Assembly: GCF_006345805.1 (NCBI RefSeq)
Contig: NC_042998.1
Coordinates: 171,554,001 to 171,618,000, forward strand
Source: Octopus sinensis
Taxonomy: Eukaryota
Direction: 5' to 3'
Length of the DNA stretch: 64,000 nt
In this document: piece after piece, positions 13,004 to 27,729 of the stretch
Position numbering within the stretch: the stretch's first letter is position 1
How the letters are laid out: each line of letters begins with the position of its first letter
Notes under the pieces: model-generated
Told to the model about the DNA's origin: nothing
What the model saw: the letters and a program-made list of their open reading frames with translations, nothing else
Database searches by the model: none
Translations under genes and position numbers: made by a program

Positions 13004-13070
<67 letters not shown>
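12620..13070. repeat. Compound TA/CA microsatellite block (similar blocks at about 392-422, 7770-7881, 9447-9535, 11124-11200, 14934-15268, 26860-27227, 27731-27800 and 35018-35118)
   Basis: Direct reading; these blocks generate the spurious YI/CV-repeat ORFs in the track. Confidence 0.95.
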
Positions 13071-13074
<4 letters not shown>

Positions 13075-13289
13075 TACGATAGAGCTCTAAGATGAAATAC
13101 AGTTACGTTAAAAGAACGTGTCATTTATAAAGCAATGATTTAGCACGAGATTTGGGACTAACAACAACAACAAAAAAAGAATTCAAAATTCCTAATATCA
13201 AGTCTGAATGAGAAAATGTTTCTTGGAAAGAGAAGCAAGGTATCCTATTTTTGATCTAGGGCAAGTGTATTTCTGCAGTACTTTCGAAG

Positions 13290-14220
13290 TGACAGCAGGT
13301 TTGTGTGTAGCCATAACATGCAGGGTTTACTGGAGGAATTAGGGATGGCAACTGTTCATGGATAGTTCAATGTGAAGCATAAAGTGTGTCCTCCTCCACA
13401 ATGGCAATTTATATAGTGCAGTCTCAATTAGGCATTCAGTTTGTCGTGAGTTGTAATATTACAAACACAATTGTATCATGTGTTGACTTTAAAATGATTA
13501 TGCTTCCTTGTCGACAACACAGATATACCAAATATCTCTGCATTTTGTGCGTGTGGGAAAGCAGAGCTGGAGAGAAGCATTGGGTGGAGAGGAATTATCC
13601 CCAAGACCTGACCTAAAACTTGGTGATCCCAACATTCTACATGAGCCACTTATTGTCATAAAGAGAATCATAATCCCACCTCTGCACATGAAACTGGGTC
13701 CTTAAAAACACTACCAACTGAAGGCGACAGTTTCAAATCCCTTATTTCGGTATTTTCTGGCCTTTCAATTGAAAAAGATCAATGCCGATGTGTTTGATGG
13801 TCCACAGATTCGGCAGTCCATTAAAGAAGAATATTTCATTAGCACAGTGTCAGAACTCGAAAAAAATGCTTATCATTCAAAAACCGTGTCAAGAACTTTC
13901 TTGAAAATACAAAGATTTATAGTAAAATTATCCGGAAACTATCGGAGAGTTACAAAACGCTCAGTTGCAATATGAGCATCGTTATGCATTTTTTGCAAAG
14001 CTATCTTGCTAAATTCGCGGAAACTTTGGTGAGGTTAGTGATGAGCAAGGTGAACAATACACCAAGATGTGAAGGTCATGGAGGAACGGTAATAGAGTAG
14101 ATTATTGTTGGAACATAAAGCGAAGCTGTCCACAGACTGAACACTCCAAGAAAAGCTATAAATATAAATATTTAGCTTACCACTTACTGTTGTCAAAGTA
14201 TGTACTTTAATTTTCATGTG
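13290..14220 (+). mobile_element. Decayed DNA transposase fragment, probably Chapaev3-like (CMC superfamily)
   Basis: Fragments CVDFKMI, YTKYLCILCVWESRA, PDLKLGDPNILHEPL..IIIPPLHMKLG, VFDGPQIRQ, CNMSIVMHFL, VSDEQGEQ; 3' end ttttcatGTG. The superfamily assignment is from memory of these motifs. Confidence 0.7.
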
Positions 14221-14297
14221 GCCCGGACCTCGACGAATCAGCGAAATATCTTATTGTCAACAATTCTGTCTTAATTTGTGAATGCGATGTTTTTAAC

Positions 14298-14448
14298 CAG
14301 TGGTGTGACTAGAGTGTGTGCCGCCCGGAGAAGGCCTTGAACTTACCGTCTCCGTTTCAGCTTATACAGCAGACCCGAAAGTGCTGCCTGCATAAAAGCG
14401 CCGCCCGGGATGGATCTTCCCCGTTGCTCCTCCCTCAACTACGTTATT
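14298..14448. mobile_element. Small MITE (cagtggNNNNctagagtgtgtg family)
   Basis: Left end cagtggtgtgactagagtgtgtgccgcccgg, internal gccgcccgg repeat, degenerate right end; related to 58746-58876. Confidence 0.5.
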
Positions 14449-14932
14449 CTTTTTAACGGTAGTGCTGAACAGAACGAATCCGAAAACACATGGTTACGAA
14501 ATAGTATTCTTAATCACACAACCACGTCTGCACGGTGTACACTTCAAATTGATATTATATAATCTAAACACAGTGTGTTGACTGAGTTGTGCAATATATG
14601 CATCACTTGCATCATAAGATTTCTATTATTTGGGAAAAAAATTTATTCATGATTCTAGAAAGAAAAAAAATATTACGTTTTTTAAAGCTTTCTTTCTCAG
14701 TACACAATCAGCAGTAAATTTTCCATTTCCGACAGTTTCCGAAATTTGATATTTTCTTTTCTATACTCAACATAGGCGATTACAATCCGGCAAGAAATTA
14801 AGTTTTGTGGTGAGGGATAGGGTTTTAGTAATGTATAGTTTAAGTTTAGGGGAGAAGATAAATAATGGAAAATGGAGCAGGAAATCTCTTTTTACATATA
14901 GTCGTAACGGCTGTTTAAGCTTAGCAACCCGA

Positions 14933-14968
<36 letters not shown>

Positions 14969-15101
14969 ATATATATATGTATAGACATACAATATATACA
15001 TATATATATACATATATATATAAATATATATATATACATATATATACACATATATATACATATATATACACACACACACACATATATATATGTGTGTATA
15101 T

Positions 15102-15141
<40 letters not shown>

Positions 15142-15154
15142 GTATATATATATG

Positions 15155-15188
<34 letters not shown>

Positions 15189-15222
15189 ATATGTATATAT
15201 ATATGTCTATATATATATATGC

Positions 15223-15253
<31 letters not shown>

Positions 15254-16689
15254 CTATATATATATATGATAACGATATGAAACCAAAAGGGAAAAATTCA
15301 ATTGTTACTAATAGTGACTGACGGTGCAGGGTAGTACCTTTATATATCAGAAAATAAAATGTAGGTGAAAAGAATCTTTATTGTCCAGCATAAACTTATG
15401 AGTTCAAATACCGCCGAGATCCACCTTACCTTTCATCCTTTCGTGGTCAATAAAATAAGTGCTAGTAGGGCACTAGGGGTGTCGATGTAGTCGACTATCC
15501 TCCTCACCACCACAAATTTCAGACATTGTGTCTATAGTAGAAAGGGTTATTATCATTAGAAATGCTGTTATTCAGACAGCTGACAAGGCTGTGAGATGGC
15601 AGAATAATTATTAGCACACTGGGTTTACAAATTTCACGAAGGTCGATTTTACCTTGTATCTTTTGAGGATTGATAAGCACCAGTAAAGCACTGGGATCGA
15701 TGTAATCGACTAAACATATTCCCCTAACTTGCTGGCCTTGTGCCAAAATTTGAAATCATTATTTAGGCAGTGGATGGCAGAACCAATAGCTTGCTGTTTT
15801 CGTTACCTTCCATTCCAATTAAGCTCTGATTTCAAATCCTGCCGGAGTCAACTTCGCTTTCATTTCTCCCTCTAGGTTCAATAGACTATATAAGCACCTG
15901 TTAGGTAATACCGTGATCATCAATGTAACCGACCTACTAAAAAAAATGTTAGCCTTATGCTTAAGCTATACATTGCAATTATCTTTTTTATGTACGAATA
16001 GGCTTTTACAATCGTTTTCTGATTACCACGAGTAAAATGTTAATTATTTTTCGCATAAATAACCAGGAATTCTCTTCTTCTAAGTTTACAATATCATTGT
16101 GTTTGTTCAAAACCAAATACCGGATTCTCTTCTTTGTCAAATCCTACATTAATTGTGTCAGAACTTAAAATTCTTTAGATTACACCGCGAGTAATTACTT
16201 TGTTCTAAAACAACTGCAAATATGAAACAACATATTCTTTACGCTTTAATAAATCTATATTATTGGTAAATTTTCTTCGAATACAAAACATTTAAAAGTA
16301 ATTATTGATGGAGATTATTTTTAACAAATCATAATAATGTCATTGATAATATAATGATTTTAAAAGTATGGCTGGTGGAGCTCTGGCAAAGTTACAGCCG
16401 GAATCAATAAATTAACAAAACAATAATTAAATATTAATTTATTTGTCTCGACTAAATCGTTCTATATTCTTAAGGAGTGAAAACAAGTTGTAACATGTAT
16501 TTCCGTGGTATTTGGCAGACCAATTTTATGTTCCAGGGCCATACTCTTGCATAGCCACAGCGGGGGACCGGATAAACTATCTGCATCAACTTGCTACAAA
16601 AGCAGGAATTATTTTTACCTTCTACTTATTCTTAGTGCAAGTTTTGAAGAGTGCAGTTCGATTTTAACAGCTATTTCTTCAAAGCTCTA

Positions 16690-17764
16690 ATGGAAGTGGC
16701 AAGGGAGTATATTTTGCTTTATGAGTTCAATAAAGGCAATAACGCAACGGAAAATGCGAGGAATATTAATGCAGTATATGGGGATCGGACAATAGGTGTA
16801 AGCCACTGTCAACGGCGGTTCCAGAATTCCGATCAGGAAACTACAGCCTTGAAGACGAGCCTCGTCCTGGAATATCTGAAGAACTCGACGAGGACGTCTT
16901 GCAAACTCTGGTGGAACAAAATCCCACCGTAACTGTTGGGGAACTGGCAGAGAAGCTTGGATTTGGTCATTCAGCCATTCATTGACACCTGCGTGCCATC
17001 GGAAAAGTCAGTAAATTGAGTCAATGTGTTCCTCACAAATTGTCCGAGTCTAATCGCGCGCAGAAGTGAATGTGTGCTCTTCTTTGATGCTACGTCTCAC
17101 GAATGAACCTTTTTGGGCCGATTAGTGACAAGTGACGAGAAATGTCAAGCGCCGAAGACAATGGGTAGGGGATGAAGAAACATCAGCACCCCGGGCTAAA
17201 GAAAATCTTCACCCACATAAGGTGTTTTTATCTGTCTGGTAGGATATGAACGGTTTAGTCCACTTTGAACTTTTAAACCCAGACCGAACGATAACAAAGG
17301 AAATCTACTACGAGCAGCTTGAGTAGCTTAAGTCAGTGCTAGAAGGAAAACGACCATCTTTGGTTTCAAGACGAAAGGTGTTCTTCCATCAGGATAATAT
17401 TCGACCATATACAGCGAGGATGACATTCCAAATGCTGGAACAGTTTGAATGGGAAACGATGCTCCACCAACCATATTCGCCGGACATTGCCCCATCTGAT
17501 TATCATTTATTCCGTAGTCTTCAAAATCATTTGGACGGAAAAAATATGAATTCTGTAGATGCGGTCAGAACAGTACTGGAGGAGTATTTTTCCTCACGGA
17601 CAAGTGAAGTTTGGAAGAGGAGCCTTGCAAATCTACCCGATAGATGGAAAAGCATTGTAGAAAATAGAGAGTATGTTTTAGATTAAAAAAGAACTTTGTT
17701 TATCTTAAATTTGAAAAATAAAAGAAGTATAAGAAAATCGCATTATTTGTGGGATGACCCAGTA
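16690..17764 (+). mobile_element. Decayed mariner (DD34D) transposon with disrupted transposase
   Basis: MEVAREYILLYEFNKG...WV/CVPHKL...HQDNIRPY...YSPDIAPSDYHLFRSLQNHL motifs, broken by frameshifts and stops; right end cattatttgtgggatgacccagTA resembles a mariner TIR; no left TIR found. Confidence 0.92.
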
Positions 17765-18482
17765 TACATATATTTGCCTAAGAGTAATGGGTGTGCGTTG
17801 CATTTTGTATGCTTTAGAAGTATGTAGATGTAATTAAATACAGACTTTTGACTAGGTCCAAGCATTCTGTTCTTAGAGCGAGGTAATGAGAACTTGTGAT
17901 ATTTACGCCTTACAATCGAATAATACTTAATCAGATATCCTCGGCTCTGAGCCATATAGAATGTTGCTCTCAATTCTGATAACCCCGTTATTCCCAGACA
18001 TATTTTCTTACAAAAGCGGAACAAAATAGTAGTTGTAAACTAAACTACTGAGAACGACTCAAATCTTGTCACAAGAAAATGGATACAACATAATCTTTAT
18101 TTGGAAAACTCTTGGGTGCCAAACTTCGTTACACCCTATTGCAGAAATGCAAGAACGAGAAGATCATAGCCCTAGTATATAGAATTAGCTCACCATGACT
18201 AGCATTTCGTCCTTGAATACAACGTGGAGTCTTAACCACAAAACGATCACGATCATTCGACCAATGACTAATTAATCGTGAATAGCACCAACGTATATTA
18301 ATAAAGTTCCTATTTATGTGACTGATGTTATTAGCTGCCAACGACTGCCAAAAGTCAGCCAAAGGCCGAGACTTTCGTGCATGGCATTCATCAAAATTTT
18401 ATAACTTTCCAACCAATTAAAGAAAATGCATTCCTATACAGTCTTCTTATCATTATTACTTACGCGTATATATAATCAATTT

Positions 18483-18522
<40 letters not shown>

Positions 18523-21500
18523 CGTGCGTGTGTGTGTGTTTACTTAGTTTCATATACTTTAAATATTTACATTTTCTTTAAATACGTAAAGTACCTTTTC
18601 AGCTATGGCAAGATATATTTTCAAAATAATCTTTTCATATTTTCTTTTGTACTGTGTTTTAGATATTTTCATAATGATTCTACTTCATTATTGTTACACT
18701 CTGTAATTATGTTTAATGCCGCTTCACATAATGAACAATGAATTTATAGAACTACCTTTATCTCTTAAATAGTTTATCAAGAGAGTTCTGAATATATTGA
18801 ACAGTAGGCAAAACAATGAGAAATAATTGTATTAAAATGGCTCACTGCGATAAATGGAAAGTTTCAGTATGTGTGCGTTGGAGTATGAGTGTTAGTTTTA
18901 CCTGAAGACAGTCAATAAAATTAATTGAAAGAAAAGAAAAGAAAAGAATGCATAGAAATGCAACAGATGGTTTTTTTTTTTGATTCGCAGTTAATTTTAG
19001 AAGTGAGGGGTGGATCGTTTAGAGAAATAAAAAAAAATTAACGAAGACCTAACTGTATGCCTGTAAGCTTGATTCATTGAAATGCAATACTTTTTTTTTT
19101 AATAAAATGACTATATTCTCGTCAAAGCGCTCTGTGTGAATTTAAGCGTTTTCTTTCGTGAAAATAATATCTGCACAACTTAATGTGAATTAAACAACGA
19201 ATTTGAATAATACTTATCATGGCAACGTAATTTATTTCTTTCCTGTCGCCAAGGATTTGCAATGGTCCGTCATTAACAGATAGACTCAAATATTATCCCC
19301 ATATGCTTTTATTCTGATCCATATATGATGGTTCTAACCATAATGCTTCACGAAAGGATCAAATTATCTGCTTCTACTCCGTTTATGGTAGAAGATTCCA
19401 TTACCTGAATAATAAAGGAAAACCGGTTATCATATATCATGTATAGTTTCCTAGCAGGTTAAATGAAGGATTGCGTGTGCTTTCTTTCAATATTAATATG
19501 CAGTATCCATTTAACCATTGACAAAGTTAGAGGAACATTTTACTTTTAGAAATTCCTTCTGTTGCTACTTCATTATCCGTAAATTGTAAAACATGCCTTT
19601 TCATTACTTGAAGTCAACATCTTTACTTGAGTATTAATAATTTACCAGCTATTTTGACTAGATAAATTATAAACAAACGAGTTAGCAAATAAAGAATACC
19701 GCAGAGGGAAGACTGGAAGATTAATATGTGGATAGTAATGATCATTCTATTAAATATTAAAATTAAAACAAGTATTGGTTCGAAGTCGTTGCAGTTAGCA
19801 GTGGGATGCAATGTGTAATTAACGTGATTCATGTATTTGCATCGTTTATACGTCCCTTTAATCAAGGATACAATATTCGGGGTTTTGTCTAAAGAAAGAA
19901 TTAACAAGTAACTCTTGACTGTTTAGTACATTTGTGAATTAGTTTCAGCTCTAGAACACTACGAAACTGCTAACAACGATAGAGAAAATGGAGAAAGAAA
20001 ACGAGCAAATAAAAATCACTCATTCCAACGCTGTCGTTTGTTATTCTTAGCTTTTGGTTCACAAGCTTGCAATGATTGGCCTGACAAATGATCATAGGCG
20101 TTTCACATTTTTTTTCAGACATAATGCACATTATCCAAAGTATCCTTCAATGAATCTCTATGTCTTTGGTGGCGTATAATTTAAGGGAGATTTGGTTGCC
20201 TTTTTTTTTATCAGGTCGAGCAAACGTATAAAGCCTCCACACATTAGAGTTGCAAACTGACATTTCAGTGGGTTGTGACATAGAATGGTGTGGTGACACG
20301 TCATTAACATCGATTTTTATAATAATAATAATAATTCTTTAAAAAAGTTTGTTCGACTAGAGCACATTAAAAATTTATTCTGCAATTGTAGATTTAATCC
20401 TTACGAAATTAGGATCAAGGACAGTGCGCTCATTCTGTTTGAAACGACATTCTTGTGTGACTGGATTCAGATCTCTTTTTTTTTAATCAAGGCAAAATTT
20501 ATGTTTCATCTGGCTCCACTGGCAGAATTGTAGATTGCAATCAGCAAAAAAGTTCCGCTTGATAAAGCCATGAACAAAAAGCAATATCGTTGTCATCGAA
20601 TTTCATGCTTACAATCGTGATTGATTTCATTGTTTACACTTTTTTTTCTAATTGCTCAATTTACATTTATAATTTATGCGCAGAGTCAAAAGCTTATATC
20701 TTTAGTTCAGTTCCGTTAATGAAAAAAAAAAGAAAAAACGAAACTAAAATAGTCATTAGAAAATTATAATTTTCATCCTCAATTGAATATTACTTTCGTA
20801 TGTGTGTTGGGGTGGGATGCTAAAATTAATCAAGCATTTTCTAAGGTTCCAGGACGTAGAAAAAATTGGGAAACCACTGGCATAGAGGCTCCATCATTGG
20901 CTCGTGACAGGTGCTGGTTGTGTATTTGTGTGTTTTCTCACTTTGTTATATTTAGTTCACATTGGCTTTGTTCTCTAACATACTAGAGGAGCAGCATAAA
21001 GAGTTCATTAAGAACGTTATGGACGTTAGTTGAAATCTTACATGATTTATGTATGACAGAAAAATTCTTTTAACAAATTATATAGCTGCACAAAAGATAA
21101 GGAAGGACTTCGTGATAATGCACCACAAGGTGACTTAAAATTAACGTTTAATTTGGTGGTTTAAAAAACTGATCTCGTTTAATTTTCTTGTGGAATACGT
21201 GACTTTATGATATTTATGAAAGTACTTTCGGATAACTTGAGTATATTTTGTTGGTATGTACTCATCATTCCATTATAAATAAATTTATATTTAAAAAATA
21301 TGACTTCGTGTACAGACTCTGTATTTATAGTGAAAGGAAATAAGATTGTATAGCGCTTATGTTATAAAGCAGGATTTATTATTTGAAACGATTCTCAACC
21401 AGTATGGAGGCCAGGTGAGAAACAGTCGAAATTCTTCTTGTAATTAATCTACGCCATGCTCGGGTCATTCTTTCACATTTAACAGTCTTTGATTTTGATT

Positions 21501-23369
21501 TTGTTGATAAGTAATTGATCTTTCCAGCAATATAAACTTTAGCAGCATTTCTATTCTTTTGCAAGTGAGATGTTTTTTTGTTTGTTTTCTAAGTGATCAT
21601 TTATTCTTTTTGAAGTTAAGGTTTCACACAATGTAGTGTACATGTATGTTTCTTGAGATTGTTGTTATTTTAACATTGGGAATTAAAATGGTTTTCCTTG
21701 CAGTTGACAAAAATAACTGCCGCACAAGTACTGGGATTAATATAATCGATTGTTCCTTCATCTCCTCACAGAAAATTTTGATTTATGCTTGGCAGAATCG
21801 TTAGAGGATCAGGCAAAATACCTTCCGGTATTTCTTCCGACTCTTTACATTCTGAATTCAAATCCCGCCGAGGTCAATATTGCCTTTTATCCTTTCGGGG
21901 TTAAAGGTACCAGTTAAGTAAAAGGTCGATGGTATCGAATAAAACCCTCTCCTCAAACTTGCTGGCCTTGTGCCTGAACCAGAAACTAATAGAATCGTTC
22001 ACACGCTGGAAAGAATGCTTAACAGCATTTCTTCCGGCTCTTTAAATTCTGAGATCAAATCCCGTCGAGGTCGACTTCGCTTTTCATCCTTTTGGGGTCA
22101 GTAAAATAACGTATCAGTTGAGCACAGGAGTCTATATAATTGACTTACTCTCCCACCTTTTAAAATTACTGGCTTTGTGCCAAAATTAGAAAGATTTTAA
22201 GGCGGCAAACTGGCAGAAACTTTAGCTCGCGAACAAACTGCTTGGCAGCATTTCTTTCGGCTCTTTACGTTCTCAGTTCAAGTTCTGCCGAGTCCTAATT
22301 TATCTTTTATCTTTTGGTGGTCAATAAAATAAGTATCAGTCAAACAATGAACTCGATGATATCGACTTACCTTTCCCATAAAATCGCTGGACTTGTGCCA
22401 AACATTTGAAACTATTATTATTGTTGTTGCTGTTGTCGTCGTCGTCGTCGTCGTTGTTGTTGTTGTTGTTGTTGTAGTTGTTATGAGTGAGGAATTAATT
22501 TTCACTTTAAGTATTTTTTCAAACTGGGATTATCATTGAACATTTTGGAATGTGTACTTGTGCCATTGTTGCATAACAAAGTCAGCTTTTTAAAAAATAG
22601 TATTTTAATTCTAATTAACCAACTGGAAGCCTGTAATGATTTATTAACTGAGAAAACCAGCCACAAAAGAAATTATAAGAAACAGAGCAAAACAGCTACC
22701 AACAGAATGTAAAAGCTATTGATGGATAAAGCATGCAAGCAAATTGCAGACCAAAAAAAAAAACATTTCAACAAAAGACATAACATAATAGACAACTAGC
22801 TTAACAACATCACCATCATCACCAACAGCAGTAGCAGCCGTTCAAGAATTTGGCCTGGAGATCTTCATTTCCAGCGACTTAGAGGGCCAGTGGTATCGGG
22901 CGTCATCGAAGAGCCCTCGACTACAACAAGACGACCAAATTTTTTTTTCCCAAGGTCTGGGATCTCCCGCCCCTAAGCCCTAGACCATCACCTAATCACC
23001 CTTACCCGTCTTGTTGCTTAACAACAACAACAGCAGTAGCACTACTACAAACAACAGCTGTACACACATACTTTGTCCAATCAGTGATGTGCCATCATTT
23101 GCAATTGTTCTTTCGAACTAGACAAGCATAGGTGTGAAACATTTTACTGAAAGAGCTATTGAATGAAGTATTTTATTCGCAAGATAGGCATCAACCTGTT
23201 ATAATCCACCACTGAGTTGTTCAAGAATAAAGAATGTGCTTTGCCGAGGCCACGGGAGCTTCCCTAGTTTCATCTAATGAAATTTACAGACAGTGCTACT
23301 GATACATGAAATGAAATCTACTTTATTGGGAGGAAATGTATAGCATCATATAAACTTAGATAAACTTAG

Positions 23370-23900
23370 ATATGTTTCGACCAAAGATTGGTCCAGGCCA
23401 TGTCTAACTTAATAGCACCACCTGATAGGATTATCTAAATCCTGTTTAAGTCAAGTCTTGTTTATGGTCCATTCAAGTAGTGAGTTTTTGTTGGGTGAGT
23501 TGTATCCAATTATGGGTGGCTTATCTGGTATTCTTTGAAGGAATCTATCCAGACTCCGTTTAAAGTTGATGGAATCCTTTTCCTCTTTGATCTCTTTCGG
23601 GACAATGTTAAATAGGGCATATATATTTTTAAAACAGAGAATGCACTGAAAATTCAAGCCCAAATTGCTCGAAACAAACTTGCCCATAAGCTTGTATCAA
23701 TTTCGGGGAAGAAAAACCACAACGATCGATGTCAGGGATACTAGAGGCAGTATTGTCCCCTCGCTTGTAACCCCTTTTGTGACATAATATAGGCTGGTGG
23801 TCGGTGATATGTGACTTGTCCCTCTATCATTCTTTATCCTCTGAAGGCCTGGCGTAAAACAGTTCCCCTCTCTACTACATCCCTACTTAGTCAAAGAGGA
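23370..23900 (-). mobile_element. CR1-type LINE 3' fragment
   Basis: ALFNIVPKEIKEEKDSINFKRSLDRFLQRIPDKPP..NKNSLLEW resembles the C-terminus of CR1-group ORF2; stops upstream. Confidence 0.65.
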
Positions 23901-25869
23901 ATTTTATGTCTTGTGAGTTACTTAGCGACATCACTAGTGCTGGTACCATGAAAACAAAAGCACTCAGTACCCTGTAAAATAGTTGATGTTAGAAAGGACA
24001 TCATACCAAAAACAGACAATGAAGTTTGATGTAGTCCTTCAGCTCATCAGATCCTGTCAAACCATTCAATCCATATTGGCGTGGAAGATAGGCATCAAAT
24101 GATGATGATGATGATGCATTTACACACACACACGCACACACACACAATGTGTGCATGTATATACAGACACACACATATAACGCGTGCATATATGTACATA
24201 CACACATATTTATAAGCGCACATGTACGCATGTTTAACAATGCATGCCATTGTATGACAAAAATGGCAATTTTGAGTTTATAAATTGATGTTACTGTACG
24301 AATGTTGAATGACAATTCATAAGTCAGCTATAAAATTAAAACATCAGAAGACTGTTGAATTAAATGATTATGGCAGTTACTAATGTACATTTCATTTGTT
24401 TTATCAATTTACTTTTTTCTTTTGTTGTTGGTAGGAATTTTTCTTGTATTCCTCTTTGTACAGGAATATCATGTAAAGAAAAACAGATATATATATATTG
24501 CTATTTGCTTTGATTATATTGACTTCATATATTCTAGTCGAATAAAATATGTAAAATGTTCTCAAGGGTATTTTCTTATATGTTACTATTTTGAGAAATA
24601 TTCTAAGAACGGAGTATTCTTACTCTTTTACTCTTTTACTTGTTTCAGTCATTTAACTGTGGCCATGCTGGAGCACCGCCTTTAGTCGAGCAAATCGACC
24701 CCAGGACTTATTCTTTGTAAGCCTAGTACTTAGTCTATCGGTCTCTTATGCCGAACCGCTAAGTTACGAGAACGTAAGCACACCACCATCGATTGTCAAT
24801 CGATTTGGGGGGGGGGGACAAACACAAACACACAAACATATACACAAATATATATATATATACACGACGGGCTTCCTTCAGTTTCCGTCTACCAAATCCA
24901 CTCACAAGGCATTGGTCGGCCCGAGGCTATAATAGAAGACACTTGCCCAAGGTGCCACGCAGTGGGACTGAACCCGGAACCATGTGGCTGGTAAGCAAGC
25001 TACTTACCACACAGCCACTCCTACGCCTACTTAGAGAATTAATTTGATACAATAGTAACTTGAATTTGAAAGAAGTAGATGTAAATACTTTAAGATTGAA
25101 TATATATGAGAATAGTAGCAATCCAAGGAGTAACCAAGATGTTAGTAAACAAAGAATTAGAAACATTAAATGTCATATAGGTGTATACTCTTTACTCTCT
25201 CTTTTACTCTTTTTCAGTCATTTGACTGCGGCCATGCTGGAGCACCGCCTTTAATCGAGCAACACAACCCCGGGACTTATTAACACACCAGCATCGGTTG
25301 TCAAGCAATGCTAGGTGGACAAACACAGACACACACACGCATATATATATACATATATACGACGGGCTTCTTTCAGTTTCCGCAATATAAAAAATTAATA
25401 CTTCAGCGTCTAAATTTTTTTTTTTACATTATAAAACCTAGAATAATAAATATATAAAAATATAAAAATACGTATATATAAGAAACATATAAATGCATAA
25501 GGTATAGATAAAAGCTCATCGATTAAGAATTTTTTACGATTAAAAGTTACTTTTTAAGATAAAGGGAAACTTTTTAAGAAAAGCCGGTGTCCAAGCAAAA
25601 AAAAAACAACATATTTACAGTCCCTATGGCCATTCCAGGGGTTCATCAACGTAGTCAATGCACGAGGGTGCCTTACGGTAATGACTTCATCACGGGAAAA
25701 TAATAACACCACATAACCAAAACGAGACTTCCCTTACGTATTTTTATATTTTTATAAATCCCAATATAATAAATAATAACAATAATAAAACTGATAACTA
25801 CTACCAACCAAATGACAGCAAACATTTTTTAGACCGATTGGAGAGAAACAGGGACACACGTGGAAATAA

Positions 25870-26210
25870 AACTTACAGGAGAAACTCAAAGTAATAAGTT
25901 TATCAAAGAAAACCCTCTCTGCAACAAAAATCAGTATACTAGCTAATGGATTATGGTTTACCCCAATCCCACGAAGATCTAATCATAATGAAATTAAAGA
26001 CAATATTTCGAAATTTCGCAGAAAGCTACGACTCACAAAAGCACTCACTGACTACATGCATACCTATATATATATATAAAGGGAAAGTTTGCGAAAATAA
26101 ACAAAAGACGAAGGCAGGTGGGGTACAAACAAACAAATGTATTAGTATAGCGCTCAGGAATAGAAAAAGTCTTTTACGTTTCGAGCCTACGCTCTTCGAC
26201 AGAAAGATAC
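25870..26210 (+). mobile_element. Penelope-like element fragment
   Basis: VISLSKKTLSATKISILANGLWFTPIPRR...ISKFRRKLRL resembles the INLS..L...E...L.KGL.F.P region preceding Penelope RT; followed by a cgtttcgagcctacgctcttcgacagaaag terminal-type motif. Confidence 0.6.
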
Positions 26211-26887
26211 ACAGATACATACATATATTTATATACATACATATATTCGGCCAATATATTTGGCTGAGCACTCCACAGACATGTGTACCCTTAATGTAGT
26301 TATCAGGGAGGTTCAGCATGACAGAGAGTGTGATAAGGCTGGCCCTTTGAAATACAGGTACAAATCATTTTTGCTAGCTGAGTGGACTGGGGCAACTTGA
26401 AATAAAGTGTCTTGCTCAAGATTGAACTCATGACCTAATGATCATGGGCGAAATACACTAACCACTAAGCCACGCACCTTCACTATTTTTTGACATGATT
26501 CCTGCAAATAGAAAGATAACTTGAGTAGTTTCTTCTCATGTTTTTTGTGCCCCTCACCACCGGAAGCATGGCATTAACATAACTTGTCAAACTGTTAAGG
26601 AATGAACTGTTTAATAAAAATAGACACACATATTTAATGGCACAGAAAAGGACATTTGTTTAAAATTTAGATATCTCTAAGATGCCATTAGCATGATAAA
26701 TAATATCATATTTCATGAAACAATAAAAAGCTAATATAAAATATGTAATGAGAGATAAACGATATTGGTAATATTGTATTCCTATATTCCCAGCATATGC
26801 AAGATAAACTCTAAACATGTTTTAGCTTCCATATTTATGAACAAATATCAAAGTTTGCTGTTTATTTATTTGATATATATATGCATG

Positions 26888-26923
<36 letters not shown>

Positions 26924-26950
26924 ATACGCATATATATATATATATATACA

Positions 26951-26987
<37 letters not shown>

Positions 26988-27029
26988 GCATATATATATA
27001 TATACGCATATATATATATATATACACGC

Positions 27030-27060
<31 letters not shown>

Positions 27061-27142
27061 GCATATATTATATATATATATATATATTATATTATATATA
27101 TTATACACGCATATATATATATATATATACACTCATATATAT

Positions 27143-27177
<35 letters not shown>

Positions 27178-27729
27178 TACACGCATATATATATATATAT
27201 ATATACACGCATATATATATATATATCATTGGCATTTAATGTCTGCTTTCCATGCTGGGTTTCCCACTCTCGCCTCCCCCACCTGCCAACACCATCACAC
27301 CACACCACACTACTCCATACCACACAACACATCACATCACAACACACCACTACGCACACACCAGCACTGACCAATTCCCATCCCCACATTTTCACACCTA
27401 CACATACACACACGCACACGTCAAGATCACCGGCCCTCTTTCACACGCACATATGTACTCTCTTACACACACGCGCACCTTTGTTTTGGGATCACTACTA
27501 CTTTGTTATCTCCCCTATTTCTTCGCACACCTGTGTGACCCTTCTGTCCAGCATTCGCCATGATAGATCGCTAGCCACTACACACATTGTTTTTCTCTCC
27601 TTGTTTCTTTCTGTGGAAGAGCGTAGGCTCGAAATGTTAAAGACCTTTTCAATTCCCAAGTGTTATACTAATACATCTCTTTGTTTTCTACACCACCTGT
27701 CTTCGTCCTTTGTTTTTTTGTGAATTATC

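Noticed and set aside
12683-15321. Long YI/CV/HT-repeat ORFs here and at 26.7-28 kb, 30.0-30.4 kb and 33.0-33.5 kb
   Set aside because: These are translations of TA/CA microsatellites, which lack stop codons.
17850-18420. ORFs of 93 and 77 aa on the minus strand
   Set aside because: No recognisable domain or consistent splice sites; at most a highly decayed retroelement.
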